Below are positions 1-10,968 of a DNA stretch of 64,000 nt, piece by piece. Position numbers and translations under genes: made by a program. Every line of letters starts with the position of its first letter. Within the stretch, counting starts at the first letter, position 1. The stretch comes from an uncultured Planctomycetales bacterium (GTDB taxonomy: Bacteria; Planctomycetota; Phycisphaerae; SM23-33; FEN-1343): assembly GCA_964535025.1 (NCBI GenBank), contig CAZHRW010000198.1:4300-68299 (forward strand), read 5' to 3'. The notes below the pieces were generated by a model. It had not been told where the DNA came from. It saw only the letters and a program-made list of their open reading frames with translations, and did not search any database.

Positions 1-1023
1 CCGCACCGCGACGACCAGGTGATCACCGGGTGGAACGGGCTGATGATCGGCGCGCTGGCCTGCGCGGCCCGCCTCCTCGACGAGCCCCGCTACCTCGACG
101 CCGCCCGCCGGGCCGCGTCGTTCGCCCGGTCGACGCTCCGCCACGACCGGCGGCTGCACCGCGGCTGGCGCGCCGGCGTCGTGGGCGGCCCGGCGTTCCT
201 GGACGACTACGCCTTCCTGGCCGAGGGGCTGCTCGATCTGCACGACGCCACCGGCGAGGACCGCTGGCTCGCCCACGCCCGGTCGCTGGCGGCGGCGATG
301 ACCGAGGCGTTCGCCGACGCGGCCGGCGGGTTCTTCTACGTCGCCGCCGACCACGAAGCCCTGCTGGCGCGCGTGAAGAGCCCGCTGGACACGGCCCTGC
401 CGTCCGGCAACGGCGTGGCGGCCCGCGTGCTGATCCGCCTGGCCGAGCGGACCGGCGAGGGCGGCTACGACGGCCAGGCCGAGCAGGTCCTCCGGGCCTT
501 CTGGCCGACGATCCGCCATAGCGGCCATGCCGCGGCCACGCTGGTGCTGGCGGCGGTCGAGTGGGTGGACCGCCGCCGGGTCGAGCCGGGACGGCCGCGA
601 GCGGAGACCACCGCCGTGGCGGTCGAGGCGATCGGCCCCGACGCGCCGGCGGCGGCGGGCGGGCAGGCGGCGGTCACGCTGCGGCTGATGATCGAGGACG
701 GCTACCACGTCAATTCGGCGGCGCCCCGCCAGGACCACCTGCTGGCGACGGCGGTGGCGACGGCGGGCGAGGGGCCGGTGACGCTGGGGTCGGTCGACTC
801 CCCGCCCGGCGAAACGATCGACCTGCCCTTCGCCGACGAGCCACTGTCGGTCTATACGGGGACGGTGGACCTGTCCGTCCGTCTGGCCGTTGCCCCCGAC
901 GCCCCGCCGGGCCGCCACGCTGTCTCGCTGACGGTGCGGCTGCAGGCGTGCGACGCCGCCCGCTGCCTGCCGCCGACGGCGCTGCCGGTGACCGTCGGCG
1001 TGGATGTGGTCACGGCGACGTAG
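1..1023 (+). CDS. thioredoxin-domain protein of the YyaL/DUF255 family, C-terminal portion (5' end lies upstream of the window)
   Basis: Frame 1 is open from position 1 to the stop at 1021-1023. The ITGWNGLMIGALA segment and the N-acylglucosamine-2-epimerase-like region are typical of YyaL proteins. The C-terminal ~120 aa resemble a DsbD-alpha-like domain with a C..RC motif. Confidence 0.6.
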   Translation, partial: PHRDDQVITGWNGLMIGALACAARLLDEPRYLDAARRAASFARSTLRHDRRLHRGWRAGVVGGPAFLDDYAFLAEGLLDLHDATGEDRWLAHARSLAAAMTEAFADAAGGFFYVAADHEALLARVKSPLDTALPSGNGVAARVLIRLAERTGEGGYDGQAEQVLRAFWPTIRHSGHAAATLVLAAVEWVDRRRVEPGRPRAETTAVAVEAIGPDAPAAAGGQAAVTLRLMIEDGYHVNSAAPRQDHLLATAVATAGEGPVTLGSVDSPPGETIDLPFADEPLSVYTGTVDLSVRLAVAPDAPPGRHAVSLTVRLQACDAARCLPPTALPVTVGVDVVTAT

Positions 1024-1221
1024 GGGGCGGGCCCGTGGAAAGCGTGCCGATGCCTACCGCCGCCGTCTTGTCCCAATCGCCGTCCCATGCTATAGTATGC
1101 GTGAAGGCATCACGGCCGACATCGTGCTCGCCCACGACGATCCAGCCCTGCCAAGCCGTGCCATCCGGGCCTTGATTGCCTCCCAGCCCGCCACCCGAGA
1201 GGTCAGAGAAGGAGAGGACAG

Positions 1222-2607
1222 ATGATCAGTCGAGTCACCCGGTATGCCGTGTCGGCCGTCGCGGCCGCGATCCTTGCGCTGCCCGTCACCGCGGCCGCCC
1301 AGAGCCCCTACGCCCAGTGGTCCCGCGGACCGTCGACGGATCCGGACTACTTCCCCATCGGCGTGTGGCTGCAGTCGCCGAGCCGGGCGTCGCAGTATCT
1401 CGCGGCCGGGATCAACATCTACGTGGGGCTGTGGCAGGGCCCCACCGAGCAGCACCTGTCGCAACTGGCGGCGGCGGGGATGCAGACCATCTGCTCGCAG
1501 AACTCCGTCGGCCTGGCCCACATCAACGACCCGACCATCATCGGCTGGCTGCAGACCGACGAGCCGGACAACGCCCAGTCGAACCCGAGCGGCGGCTATT
1601 ACTCGCCGATCGCGCCGCTGCCGAGCACCACGTGGGACACCTATCCCGGCACGGACATCTACACCCGCTACCAGGGGATGAAGTCGAAGGACCTCTCCCG
1701 GCCGGTCCTGCTGAACCTCGGCCAGGGCGTGGCCTACGACAACTACATCGGTCGCGGCATCCGGCGAAACCACCCGGAGGACTACCCCGAGTACATCCAG
1801 GGCTGCGATATCGTCTCGTTCGACATCTACCCGGTCGCCTCGGACAACCCGGAGATCGACAACAAGATCTGGCTGCCCGCCTACGGCGTCGAGCGGCTGA
1901 TCGAATGGTCCGAGCCGAACCAGCCGGTGTGGAACTGGATCGAGTGCACCGACATCCACGGGTATGGCATGGCCACGCCCACGCAGGTCCGGGCCGAGGT
2001 GTGGATGTCGCTGATCAACGGGTCGATGGGCATCGGTTACTTTGTGCACGAATTCGAACCCTTCGTCGAGCCCGGCTTGCTGACCCACCCGGACATGCTC
2101 GCCGCCGTCACCGCGATGAACTGGCAGATCCACGCCCTCGCCCCGGTGCTCAACAGCCCGACGATCACGGGAAGCCTCTACGTGAGCACCTCCAGCCCGA
2201 TCGTGCCGATCGAAACCATGGTCAAGCGCCTCGACGGCGTGACCTACGTGTTCACCGTCGCGGCCCGCAACGGCGCGACGACGGGGACGTTCCTCAGCTT
2301 CGACCTGCCCCCGCTGGCCGTCGCCAAGGTGATCGGGGAGGATCGTGAGATCCCCGTCCTGGGCGGGCAGTTCGCCGATGCGTTCGATCCTTACGAGGTG
2401 CACCTGTACAAGATCCTCTCCCGCTGGCCCGGCGACGCCGACGGCGACAGCGACGTCGATCTCGACGACTTCGCCCTGCTCAAGCAGCACTTCGGCACCG
2501 GCAGCGGCGCGACGTGGGAGGATGGGGACTTCGACAAGGACGGGGATGTCGACCTCGACGACTTCGCCCTGCTCAAGCAGAACTTCGGCGTCGACCTGAC
2601 CGGCTGA
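1222..2607 (+). CDS. secreted TIM-barrel glycoside-hydrolase-like protein with C-terminal dockerin-type tandem repeat
   Basis: GAAGGAGAGG ribosome-binding site 6 nt upstream of the ATG. N-terminal signal peptide (AILALPVTAAAQSP). C-terminus carries two copies of D.DGD.DVDLDDFALLKQ.FG (dockerin type I pattern). The central region carries a WLQTDEPDN motif reminiscent of the NEP-type catalytic signature of clan GH-A hydrolases. Family assignment is not certain. Confidence 0.6.
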   Translation: MISRVTRYAVSAVAAAILALPVTAAAQSPYAQWSRGPSTDPDYFPIGVWLQSPSRASQYLAAGINIYVGLWQGPTEQHLSQLAAAGMQTICSQNSVGLAHINDPTIIGWLQTDEPDNAQSNPSGGYYSPIAPLPSTTWDTYPGTDIYTRYQGMKSKDLSRPVLLNLGQGVAYDNYIGRGIRRNHPEDYPEYIQGCDIVSFDIYPVASDNPEIDNKIWLPAYGVERLIEWSEPNQPVWNWIECTDIHGYGMATPTQVRAEVWMSLINGSMGIGYFVHEFEPFVEPGLLTHPDMLAAVTAMNWQIHALAPVLNSPTITGSLYVSTSSPIVPIETMVKRLDGVTYVFTVAARNGATTGTFLSFDLPPLAVAKVIGEDREIPVLGGQFADAFDPYEVHLYKILSRWPGDADGDSDVDLDDFALLKQHFGTGSGATWEDGDFDKDGDVDLDDFALLKQNFGVDLTG

Positions 2608-2777
2608 CGGTCGTCGCGTCCGACCGCCCCGGCGCCATGATGGGCGACGCGATCGCCCGCCGGCCGCTCCTGCGCCGATCGCCTTGACCCTTGCGTTGGG
2701 CGGGCCGCGCGTTACGATCCCGCTGGTGCCCGGCCGTACGGACCGACGCCGGCGGCGGGCGCGGGATCGGGAGGCGT

Positions 2778-4196
2778 ATGAGCGCGTACGACTGCGACTG
2801 CAAGCGGCGGCCGGCCCGTCGGACGCCCCGACATGTGGCGGTGGTGGTGCTGGCCGTCTGCGTGACAACGGCCGCGGCCGCCGACAGCGCGGTCCGCCGG
2901 CGGGTCGTCCAGGCCGCGGAGCGTCATGCCCGCGCGGCGCTGATGGAGCAGGTTTACGCCGAGCAACTCTCGCCGACGCTGACGGTCGGCTCACTGGTCA
3001 CGGCTCACCCGGCCGTCGGCGCGGAGCTGGCGTCGTGGGTGGCGTCGGTGGGGCCGGCCACCCCGCCACGCTGGGGCGAGGACGCGGCGTGCGAGGTGAC
3101 GGTGCAGGTGGCGGTGCAGTGGCTGCTGGCGCGCCTGCGGGATGCGTGCGGCGACCACGACGTCGCCGAGCTGCCCGCCGAGCGATGGGAGGCGCTGATC
3201 GACGCGGCGGGACGGCGCGTGCTCCGCGCGACGAGCGTCGCCTCGGCGCCGGCGGGCGGCGCGCCCGATCCGTCGCGGCTGCCGTCCATCTGGCGGCGGT
3301 ACGCCGATGCGGACGGCCGCGTTCGGGCCGCCGAAGCCGCCCGGGCGGATGCGGCCCGCACACTCGTGCGGCAATTCGAGCGCCATACCATCGCCAACGG
3401 TGTCACCGGCGGGGACCTGCTGGGCGAGACCCCGGCCGTGCGGGAGGCGTTCGAAGCCTTCTGCGCCCGCGCGCCGGCGATCGGGCGTCCCACCTACCGC
3501 GACGATGCGCTGATCGTGGAGGTCCGCCTGGAACTGACGGCCGCCGCGGTCGGGCGGTGGCTGACCGCCCACGCCCCGGCCCCGGCCACGGGCGACGAGG
3601 CCGCCGCCGGCGCGCTGCGGGCGTTGGCCGAGGCAACCGACACGCTCTTCGCCGCCGCCGGCAACGGCGTGCCGCCCGAGCACCTGGCGGCGGTCGCGTC
3701 GGCGCCCGCGCGGCCGGTCGTCGATGCGGCGCCGCCCTGGCCGCCGGTGCTTCAGGCTGCGGGACAGGCGGCGCCGGATGGGGCGTCGGCCCAGGCGAAG
3801 CTGCGGGCGATGCGGCGCGCCGAGGCGATCGCCCGGGCGGCGCTGGCCCGCCGGGTGGCGGCGCTGGAGGTCGCCCCGTCGGCGACGGTGGGATCGCTGG
3901 CCGAGGCGCACGGCGAGCTGCACGAGGCCGTCGGCGTTTGCGTGGCGGCGGCGCGGGTTCTGCGGTCGCCCTGGACCGCCGACGGTCGGGCGGAGGTGAT
4001 CGTCGAGCTGCCCACCGGACCGCTCGGCCGCGCCGTGGCCGTGTGGCGGTGCCGGGCGGCGGTCAGGCGAACGGCAACCCGCCCGGCATATCCTGCTGGG
4101 ACGAGTGGGGCGGCTGGAACCGCCGGGGGAAATGATCGTAGCCAGTCAGGTCGAATGGGTCGGTCCGCACCGCCCACGGCAGCTCCAGGTCGCTGA
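2778..4196 (+). CDS. hypothetical Ala/Arg-rich protein with an internal repeat
   Basis: Long ORF (2691..4196). ATG at 2778 chosen because the downstream N-terminus is hydrophobic (VAVVVLAVCVTTAAAA). Internal repeat PTLTVGSLVTAHPAVGAEL / PSATVGSLAEAHGELHEAV. The 3' end overlaps the convergent gene by about 130 nt, so boundaries are uncertain. Confidence 0.35.
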   Translation: MSAYDCDCKRRPARRTPRHVAVVVLAVCVTTAAAADSAVRRRVVQAAERHARAALMEQVYAEQLSPTLTVGSLVTAHPAVGAELASWVASVGPATPPRWGEDAACEVTVQVAVQWLLARLRDACGDHDVAELPAERWEALIDAAGRRVLRATSVASAPAGGAPDPSRLPSIWRRYADADGRVRAAEAARADAARTLVRQFERHTIANGVTGGDLLGETPAVREAFEAFCARAPAIGRPTYRDDALIVEVRLELTAAAVGRWLTAHAPAPATGDEAAAGALRALAEATDTLFAAAGNGVPPEHLAAVASAPARPVVDAAPPWPPVLQAAGQAAPDGASAQAKLRAMRRAEAIARAALARRVAALEVAPSATVGSLAEAHGELHEAVGVCVAAARVLRSPWTADGRAEVIVELPTGPLGRAVAVWRCRAAVRRTATRPAYPAGTSGAAGTAGGNDRSQSGRMGRSAPPTAAPGR

Positions 4197-5326
4197 ACAA
4201 CGCCGCTTCGCTGGCCGCCTGCGGGATGGCCGCGTCGATCCCGTCGATGATCGTCTTGGTCGACGGGCCCTCGCCCTGGATGCGGAGGAACTCCTTGCCG
4301 ATCCGGCGCACGGTCCCGGCCGACTCGAACGCGGCGTTGACCGTCAGGGTGTGCGGGCGGCACATCTCCAGCGAGCAGCGAAGCAGGGACGGATCATTCG
4401 CCTCGGCGGCGGCGATGAAGTTCTCGAACTTGGCCACGTCGAGCTGCGAGTCGTCCAGGGCCGGCTCCTCGATCCGCCCGTCGTTGGTCCGCAGGCTCGC
4501 CCGCCCCGGGCTGTGGAAGGCGACGCCCTCGCTGCCGTGCACGACGACCTCGGGGTTGAAATGCTGGTCGGCGCACAGCGTGGCCAGGAAGAAGCAGCGC
4601 GGCCCCTCGCGGGTGAGGATCTCGACGGCGGCGGTGTCCTCGCTGTCGATGGCGTGGCCGGCGTACAACTCGGCCCGCACCGCCACGGGCGTCGCCAGCG
4701 TGCGGCGGCGGGGCGAGGCGAGGTAGAGCATGTTCAGCAGGTAGTGCGCCAGCGGGTTGTTGATCGACCCGTCGAGGACCCACCGGTCGCCCAGGCGTAC
4801 CCGCCCGGCCCAGGCGGCCCGCTGGTAGTACTCCTGCTTGCGGATCCACCCGGCGGTGCAGGTGATGCGGTCGATCGTCCCCAGGGCGCCCTCGCCGACG
4901 CGGAGCTTCAGCAGCGCCATGCTGCGGCTGTGCAGCCATTGGAACCCCACCGCACAGAGACGCCCGGCGGCGCGGGCGGCGGCGACCATCTCGTCGAAGT
5001 CCTGGATGGTCGCGGCGGCGGGCTTCTCGAGGAAGACGTGGTAGCCGCTGCGGACCGCCGCGATCGTCAGCGGCGCGTGCGTGTGGATCGGCGTGGGGAT
5101 CGTCACCGCGTCCATCTTGCCGCGCATCGCGTCGAACATCACCTCCGCGTCGTTGAAGATCGCCACGCCCTGGCCACGCAACTCCTCCAGCCGCGCCGAG
5201 TGGTTCGCCGGATCGATCACCGCCGTGGCGACGATCCGGCAGGCCCCGCTGCGCTGCACCTCCTCCAACGCCCGCCAGTGATTGCTCGCGAAGCCCCCGA
5301 TCCCGAGGATCCCGATCCGCACCATG
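4063..5326 (-). CDS. Gfo/Idh/MocA family NAD(P)-dependent oxidoreductase
   Basis: MVRIGILGIGGFASNHW Rossmann N-terminus followed by the EKP motif. GGAAGGGAG ribosome-binding site upstream of the ATG at 5326. The longer ORF extension to 5649 is low-complexity and rejected. Confidence 0.8.
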
Positions 5327-5704
5327 GTCGACTCCCTTCCTGCAAGAGCTTTCTTTGCAGAACTATAGCGAACCGACCCGGCCGCGACAAGCCTGCGGTC
5401 GCCCCCGGGCGATCTGCCAGGCGACCCTTCGGGGCGGTCCCGTCGTATAATGCATGCAAGGCATGGAAAGCACGGTGGATGCGGACGGCGGATCCCCGTG
5501 CGGGTCACGAACTTACCCGGGACGGGGCCTGTTTTGGCGAACCTCATTGCCACACGAGTGGCGTTCCATTGCCACAAGTACTCGAAGCCCGCGGCCGCTA
5601 CAATCGAAGGACGGCCGCTGGCATCCGGGGGATTTTCGGGTATACTCAAGGGACTTCCCGCCGGGTCGGGATTCGGGTTGTGTGACGTAAGTGGAGACGA
5701 AGTA

Positions 5705-6535
5705 ATGTATAAGGTCGTCAGTACCGAAGTGATCGCCCCGTCGGTGCACCGGCTGGTGGTCCAGGCCCCCCGGGTTGCCGCGGCCCGCCGGCCGGGTCAG
5801 TTCGTGATCGTTCGCTCCGGCACGGATGCCGAGCGGATCCCGCTGACGATCGCCGACGCGGACGCCGAGGCGGGCACGATCACGCTGATCGTCCAGGCCA
5901 TCGGTCAGGGCACGCGGGAGATCGCCGCCGTCGGCGCCGGCGGCGCGCTGCGCGACGTGGCGGGCCCGCTGGGCCAGCCGACGGAGATTCGCAAGGTCGG
6001 TCGGGTCGCCTGTGTCGGCGGGGGGGTCGGCACGGCGGTGCTGTTCCCGCTGGCCAAGGCGCTGGCCGAGGCGGGCAACGCGGTGACCACGATCATCGGC
6101 GGGCGGAGCGAGCCGTTCGTGATCCTCCGCGACGAGCTGGCCGCCTTCAGTACCGAGGTGCTCACGGCGACCGAGGACGGCTCACTGGGGGTCAAGGGCT
6201 TTGTGACGGCGGTGCTGGCGGAGCTGCTGGACGATCCGGCCCGCGTGCCGGCGGCCGTCTACGCCGTCGGCCCCGTGCCGATGATGGCCGCGGTGGTCGA
6301 GCAGACGCGGCCGAGGCAGATCAAGACGATCGTCAGCCTCAACCCGATCATGATCGACGGGACGGGCATGTGCGGCGGCTGCCGCGTCACCGTCGGCGGG
6401 CAGACGAAGTTCGCCTGCGTGGACGGCCCGGAATTCGACGGCCACGAGGTCGACTTCGTCGAGCTGGCCGATCGCCAGCGAACCTACGCCGAGCACGAGT
6501 GCCGGCTCACCGCCGGTCCGCCGGAGCATGACTGA
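5705..6535 (+). CDS. NfnA/SudB-like FAD and [2Fe-2S] electron-transfer subunit (PyrK-like ferredoxin-NADP reductase fold)
   Basis: ATG at 5705 with a GGAGACG ribosome-binding site. PyrK-like sequence with the C-terminal Cys cluster CGGCRVTVGG..FACVDGPEF. Stop overlaps the start of the next gene (TGATG). Confidence 0.8.
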   Translation: MYKVVSTEVIAPSVHRLVVQAPRVAAARRPGQFVIVRSGTDAERIPLTIADADAEAGTITLIVQAIGQGTREIAAVGAGGALRDVAGPLGQPTEIRKVGRVACVGGGVGTAVLFPLAKALAEAGNAVTTIIGGRSEPFVILRDELAAFSTEVLTATEDGSLGVKGFVTAVLAELLDDPARVPAAVYAVGPVPMMAAVVEQTRPRQIKTIVSLNPIMIDGTGMCGGCRVTVGGQTKFACVDGPEFDGHEVDFVELADRQRTYAEHECRLTAGPPEHD

Positions 6536-7950
6536 TGAGTGACAATACCCTGACGGCCAAGCAGCGGATGGCCATCGAGCGGACGACCATGCCCGAGCAG
6601 GACGCCGCCGAACGGGCGCGGAACTTCGAGGAAGTGAACCTCGGGCTCGCCGAGGCCGCGGCCGTCCGGGAAGCCCAACGCTGCCTGATGTGCAAGCACC
6701 GCCCCTGCGTGGCGGGTTGCCCGGTGCGCGTGCGGATCCCCGAGTTCATCGCCAAGGTGGCCGAGGGCGACTTCGCCGCGGCGGCGAGAATCCTCCGCGC
6801 CGACAACGCTCTGCCGGCCACCACCGGCCGCGTCTGCCCCCAGGAGGTGCAGTGCGAGGCCCGGTGCGTCCGCGGGCGGACGGGTCAGCCGGTCGCCATC
6901 GGCTGGCTGGAGCGATTCGTGGCCGACTGGTCGGCCGGCCGGGTCGACCCCGAGCCGCCGGCGCCGCCGACGGGCAAGTCGGTGGCGGTGATCGGCTCGG
7001 GCCCCGGGGGGCTGACCGCCGCGGGCGAGCTGGCCCGGCGGGGCCACGCCGTGACGATCTTCGAGGCCCTGCACGCCCCCGGCGGCGTGCTGCGGTACGG
7101 CATTCCGGAGTTCCGGCTGCCCAAGCGGATCGTCGACGCCGAGGTCGCCGCCCTCGAGGCGATGGGCGTGACGGTCGAATACAACGTGATCGTGGGCAAG
7201 ACGCTCACCCTCGACGAGATCCGCCGGACGTTCGACGCCTGCTTCATCGCCAACGGCGCGGGGCTGCCAATGTTCCTGAACATCCCCGGCGAGAACCTCA
7301 AGGGCGTCTACTCGGCCAACGAGTACCTCACTCGCGTCAATCTGATGGGCGCCTGGCGCGGCGACCGCAGCCGCACGCCCGTCATCCGGGGCCGCCAGGT
7401 CGTCGTCTTCGGCGGCGGCAACACCGCCATGGACGCCGCTCGCACCGCTCGGCGGCTCGGCGCCGAGCGGGTCGTGCTGGCGTACCGGCGGACGGAGAAG
7501 GAAATGCCCGCCCGCGCCGAGGAGGTGGTCCACGCCCGCGCCGAAGGCATCGAGATGATGCTGCTGGTGTCCCCGCTGGAGATCCTCGCCGCCGAGGACG
7601 GCTGGGTTCGCGGCGTACGGCTGCAGCGGATGGAGTTGGGCGAGCCCGACGCGTCGGGGCGCCGTCGCCCGCTGCCGATCGACGGCAGCGACTTCGAGCT
7701 GGCCGCCGACGTCGCCGTCGTTGCGATCGGCACCCGCGCCAACCCGCTGCTGACCCGCACGTGCCCGGAGCTGGCGCTCAACCAGTGGGGCAACATCGAG
7801 ACGGACGAGCACCACCGGACCTCGCTGGACGGCGTCTTCGCCGGCGGCGACATCGTCCGCGGCGGCGCTACCGTCATCCTCGCCATGGGCGACGGGAAGG
7901 ACGCGGCCGCGGCGATCGACGCGTATCTCAGCGAAGGCGAGGCGTCGTAG
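6535..7950 (+). CDS. NfnB/SudA/GltD-like subunit (glutamate synthase small-chain homologue, NADPH-binding, Fe-S)
   Basis: CLMCKHRPCVAGCPV and C..VQCEARC Fe-S motifs. VAVIGSGPGGLTAAGELARRGH dinucleotide fold. Translationally coupled to the upstream PyrK-like gene, as in NfnAB/SudBA pairs. Confidence 0.85.
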   Translation: MSDNTLTAKQRMAIERTTMPEQDAAERARNFEEVNLGLAEAAAVREAQRCLMCKHRPCVAGCPVRVRIPEFIAKVAEGDFAAAARILRADNALPATTGRVCPQEVQCEARCVRGRTGQPVAIGWLERFVADWSAGRVDPEPPAPPTGKSVAVIGSGPGGLTAAGELARRGHAVTIFEALHAPGGVLRYGIPEFRLPKRIVDAEVAALEAMGVTVEYNVIVGKTLTLDEIRRTFDACFIANGAGLPMFLNIPGENLKGVYSANEYLTRVNLMGAWRGDRSRTPVIRGRQVVVFGGGNTAMDAARTARRLGAERVVLAYRRTEKEMPARAEEVVHARAEGIEMMLLVSPLEILAAEDGWVRGVRLQRMELGEPDASGRRRPLPIDGSDFELAADVAVVAIGTRANPLLTRTCPELALNQWGNIETDEHHRTSLDGVFAGGDIVRGGATVILAMGDGKDAAAAIDAYLSEGEAS

Positions 7951-7987
7951 GGCCGGAGCTTCCTTCATGCGCGAAAGGAGCGTGGCG

Positions 7988-8497
7988 ATGCAGAAGCACG
8001 TGGACTACCTCGACGCGATCAAGCTGAAGTACCCCGAGCAGGTCGTGATCGGCATCGCCCGTGACGCGGCGGGCAAGGCCAATCCGATCGCGCTGGGCTG
8101 GACGATGGTCACCTCGCACGACCCGCCCATGATGGCGGTGTCGATCGGGCTGACGCGGTACTCGCTGGAGGTGTTCCGGGCCGCCGAGGCGTTCACCGTC
8201 GCCATGCCCGCCGAAAACCAGGCCGACGAGACGATGCTGTTCGGCACCACCAGCGGACGGGACACGGACAAGTTTGCCGCGGCGGGCACGGCGTTGACGC
8301 CGGCGGCCGTGATCGACGGGGTGCTCATGAGCGACGCGGTGGCCAACTTCGAGTGCGTCAAGCGGGGGGAGATGACCACCGGCGACCACGTTATCTTCGT
8401 TGGGGAGGTTGTCGCGGCGCACCTGAACCCCGAGCGGCCCCGCCGCCTTTACACGGTCGGCGCCGGTCACGTCATGGGCGGGCTCGATCGGCGGTAG
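7988..8497 (+). CDS. flavin reductase-like (FMN-binding split-barrel) protein
   Basis: AAAGGAG ribosome-binding site 8 nt upstream of the ATG at 7988. Flavin_Reduct-type sequence (GIARDAAGKANPIALGWTMVTSHDPPMMAVSIG). Confidence 0.7.
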   Translation: MQKHVDYLDAIKLKYPEQVVIGIARDAAGKANPIALGWTMVTSHDPPMMAVSIGLTRYSLEVFRAAEAFTVAMPAENQADETMLFGTTSGRDTDKFAAAGTALTPAAVIDGVLMSDAVANFECVKRGEMTTGDHVIFVGEVVAAHLNPERPRRLYTVGAGHVMGGLDRR

Positions 8498-8501
8498 GCC
8501 G

Positions 8502-9578
<1,077 letters not shown>

Positions 9579-10043
9579 TTACGCCGGGCGGAGCGCGCCG
9601 GCCGGCGCGATCAGCGTGACCGTCGCGCGGCCGGTGTCCAGTTGAAGGTGCGCGGTCACCGGCGCGGTGTCGGTGTCGGCGTGGATCCGGCCGTCGGCGA
9701 GTATGTCCGGGGCCAGAACATCGAAAACCGCCGCCTGGCCGGCCCATTCGGGCAGGAGATTCCCGCAGATCACGTTGAGCAGCTCCTTGAGCCCGTCGTG
9801 CTGCTGGTCGGCCGTCAGTTCGTCGGGATCCATCACGCCCAGCATGTTGCCGGCCAGTTCGCCCAGCATCGCCTGCTCGACCGTCAGCAGGAGCATCCCG
9901 TCGACGGGCCCGGCGAACCGTACCGAGGCGGTGACCGTCGGCGCCTCGGCCGGCGGGTCGCCCTCGGCGGGCATGGGCAGCATGAAGGCCAGCGCCTCGA
10001 AGGTTTCCTCGGCGACGCGTCGGATCAGGTTATCCAGAGACAT
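9579..10043 (-). CDS. cheX: CheX-like chemotaxis phosphatase
   Basis: About 150 aa. CheC/CheX-family pattern (FMLPMPAEG.., GELAGNMLGV, LNVICGNL). Position between cheY and cheB. Confidence 0.6.
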   Translation of the reverse strand: MSLDNLIRRVAEETFEALAFMLPMPAEGDPPAEAPTVTASVRFAGPVDGMLLLTVEQAMLGELAGNMLGVMDPDELTADQQHDGLKELLNVICGNLLPEWAGQAAVFDVLAPDILADGRIHADTDTAPVTAHLQLDTGRATVTLIAPAGALRPA

Positions 10044-10419
10044 GGCCCACTCCCACGATGTCGCGGATCACGTCGCGAATCCCTTCCGGCGTGAACGGCT
10101 TGTGAATGAATCGCGCATCCTTGGCGACCAGCCGTTCGATACGGGTGCGGCTGCCTTCGGTCGAGATGACGATGATGGGCATCTCGCCGTAGGCGTCGTT
10201 GGCCCGGATGCGGTCGATCATCTCCTCGCCGTTCATGACGGGCATGTTGATGTCGGCGAACACCAGGTCCACCCAGTGCTGCTCGAGCGCCTCGAGCCCC
10301 TCGCGGCCGTTGGCGGCCTGGTGGACCTCGCCGAGGTCGACGCCGCTGAGGGTCAGCGCCTTGATGACCATGGCGCGGCCGACCATGCTGTCGTCGACGA
10401 CCAGTACGTTCAATGCCAT
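10030..10419 (-). CDS. cheY: chemotaxis response regulator CheY
   Basis: Single receiver domain ([26 protein letters not shown] near C-terminus). GGAGGTGAGG ribosome-binding site upstream of the ATG at 10419. The longer start at 10440 has no ribosome-binding site. Confidence 0.85.
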   Translation of the reverse strand: MALNVLVVDDSMVGRAMVIKALTLSGVDLGEVHQAANGREGLEALEQHWVDLVFADINMPVMNGEEMIDRIRANDAYGEMPIIVISTEGSRTRIERLVAKDARFIHKPFTPEGIRDVIRDIVGVGHVSG

Positions 10420-10471
10420 TGTCCTCACCTCCCACGACATGCGGCCGGGCCGTCCCGCCGGGGCGGGCCCG

Positions 10472-10948
10472 TCACAAGTGAATCGACGCCCCGGCGGTGC
10501 TCAGCGTGACGGCGCCCGTGTCGATGGCCAGCGACATCGTTCGCGGGTGCGATCCGCCGGTATCCTCGGCTTCGATCAGTACGTTGTTCTTCCACAGCAG
10601 CTTCTTGAGCACGGTGTAGTTCCGCTTGCCGATGGCGAAGCGGTCGTCGCCGTCGTGCACATTGGCCCCGCCGGCCACCTTGACCACCATGCGGCGCCGG
10701 TCGACGCCGGACGCGAACAGGGCCGTCATGAAGGCCGGCACGCCGGTGTCGACGAACATGAACGGATTGCTTTTGGCCTTGGCCGGATTGAGGTTCGACA
10801 GCGGCATCATCACGTGGAGCAGCCCGCCGACGCGGGCGACCGCATCGTAGACCGCCACCCCCAGGCAACTGCCCAGGGCGTGGGTGACGAGCACGTCGCC
10901 CGGCGCCGAAGCGATCGCCATCTCGGCGACACCCACAACATATTTCAC
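10472..10948 (-). CDS. cheD: chemoreceptor glutamine deamidase CheD
   Basis: GTG start preceded by a GGAGGG ribosome-binding site. CheD signature HALGSCLGVAVYD. Confidence 0.8.
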   Translation of the reverse strand: MKYVVGVAEMAIASAPGDVLVTHALGSCLGVAVYDAVARVGGLLHVMMPLSNLNPAKAKSNPFMFVDTGVPAFMTALFASGVDRRRMVVKVAGGANVHDGDDRFAIGKRNYTVLKKLLWKNNVLIEAEDTGGSHPRTMSLAIDTGAVTLSTAGASIHL

Positions 10949-10968
10949 AGTCCGCCCTCCGCCGGCGT

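Noticed and set aside
1090-2994. 634-aa minus-strand ORF
   Set aside because: Antisense to the dockerin-bearing secreted protein. Arg/Pro-rich, with no motifs.
4105-5685. 526-aa plus-strand ORF
   Set aside because: Antisense to the Gfo/Idh/MocA gene, which has clear Rossmann motifs and a ribosome-binding site.
6484-7968. 494-aa minus-strand ORF
   Set aside because: Antisense to the GltD-like gene.
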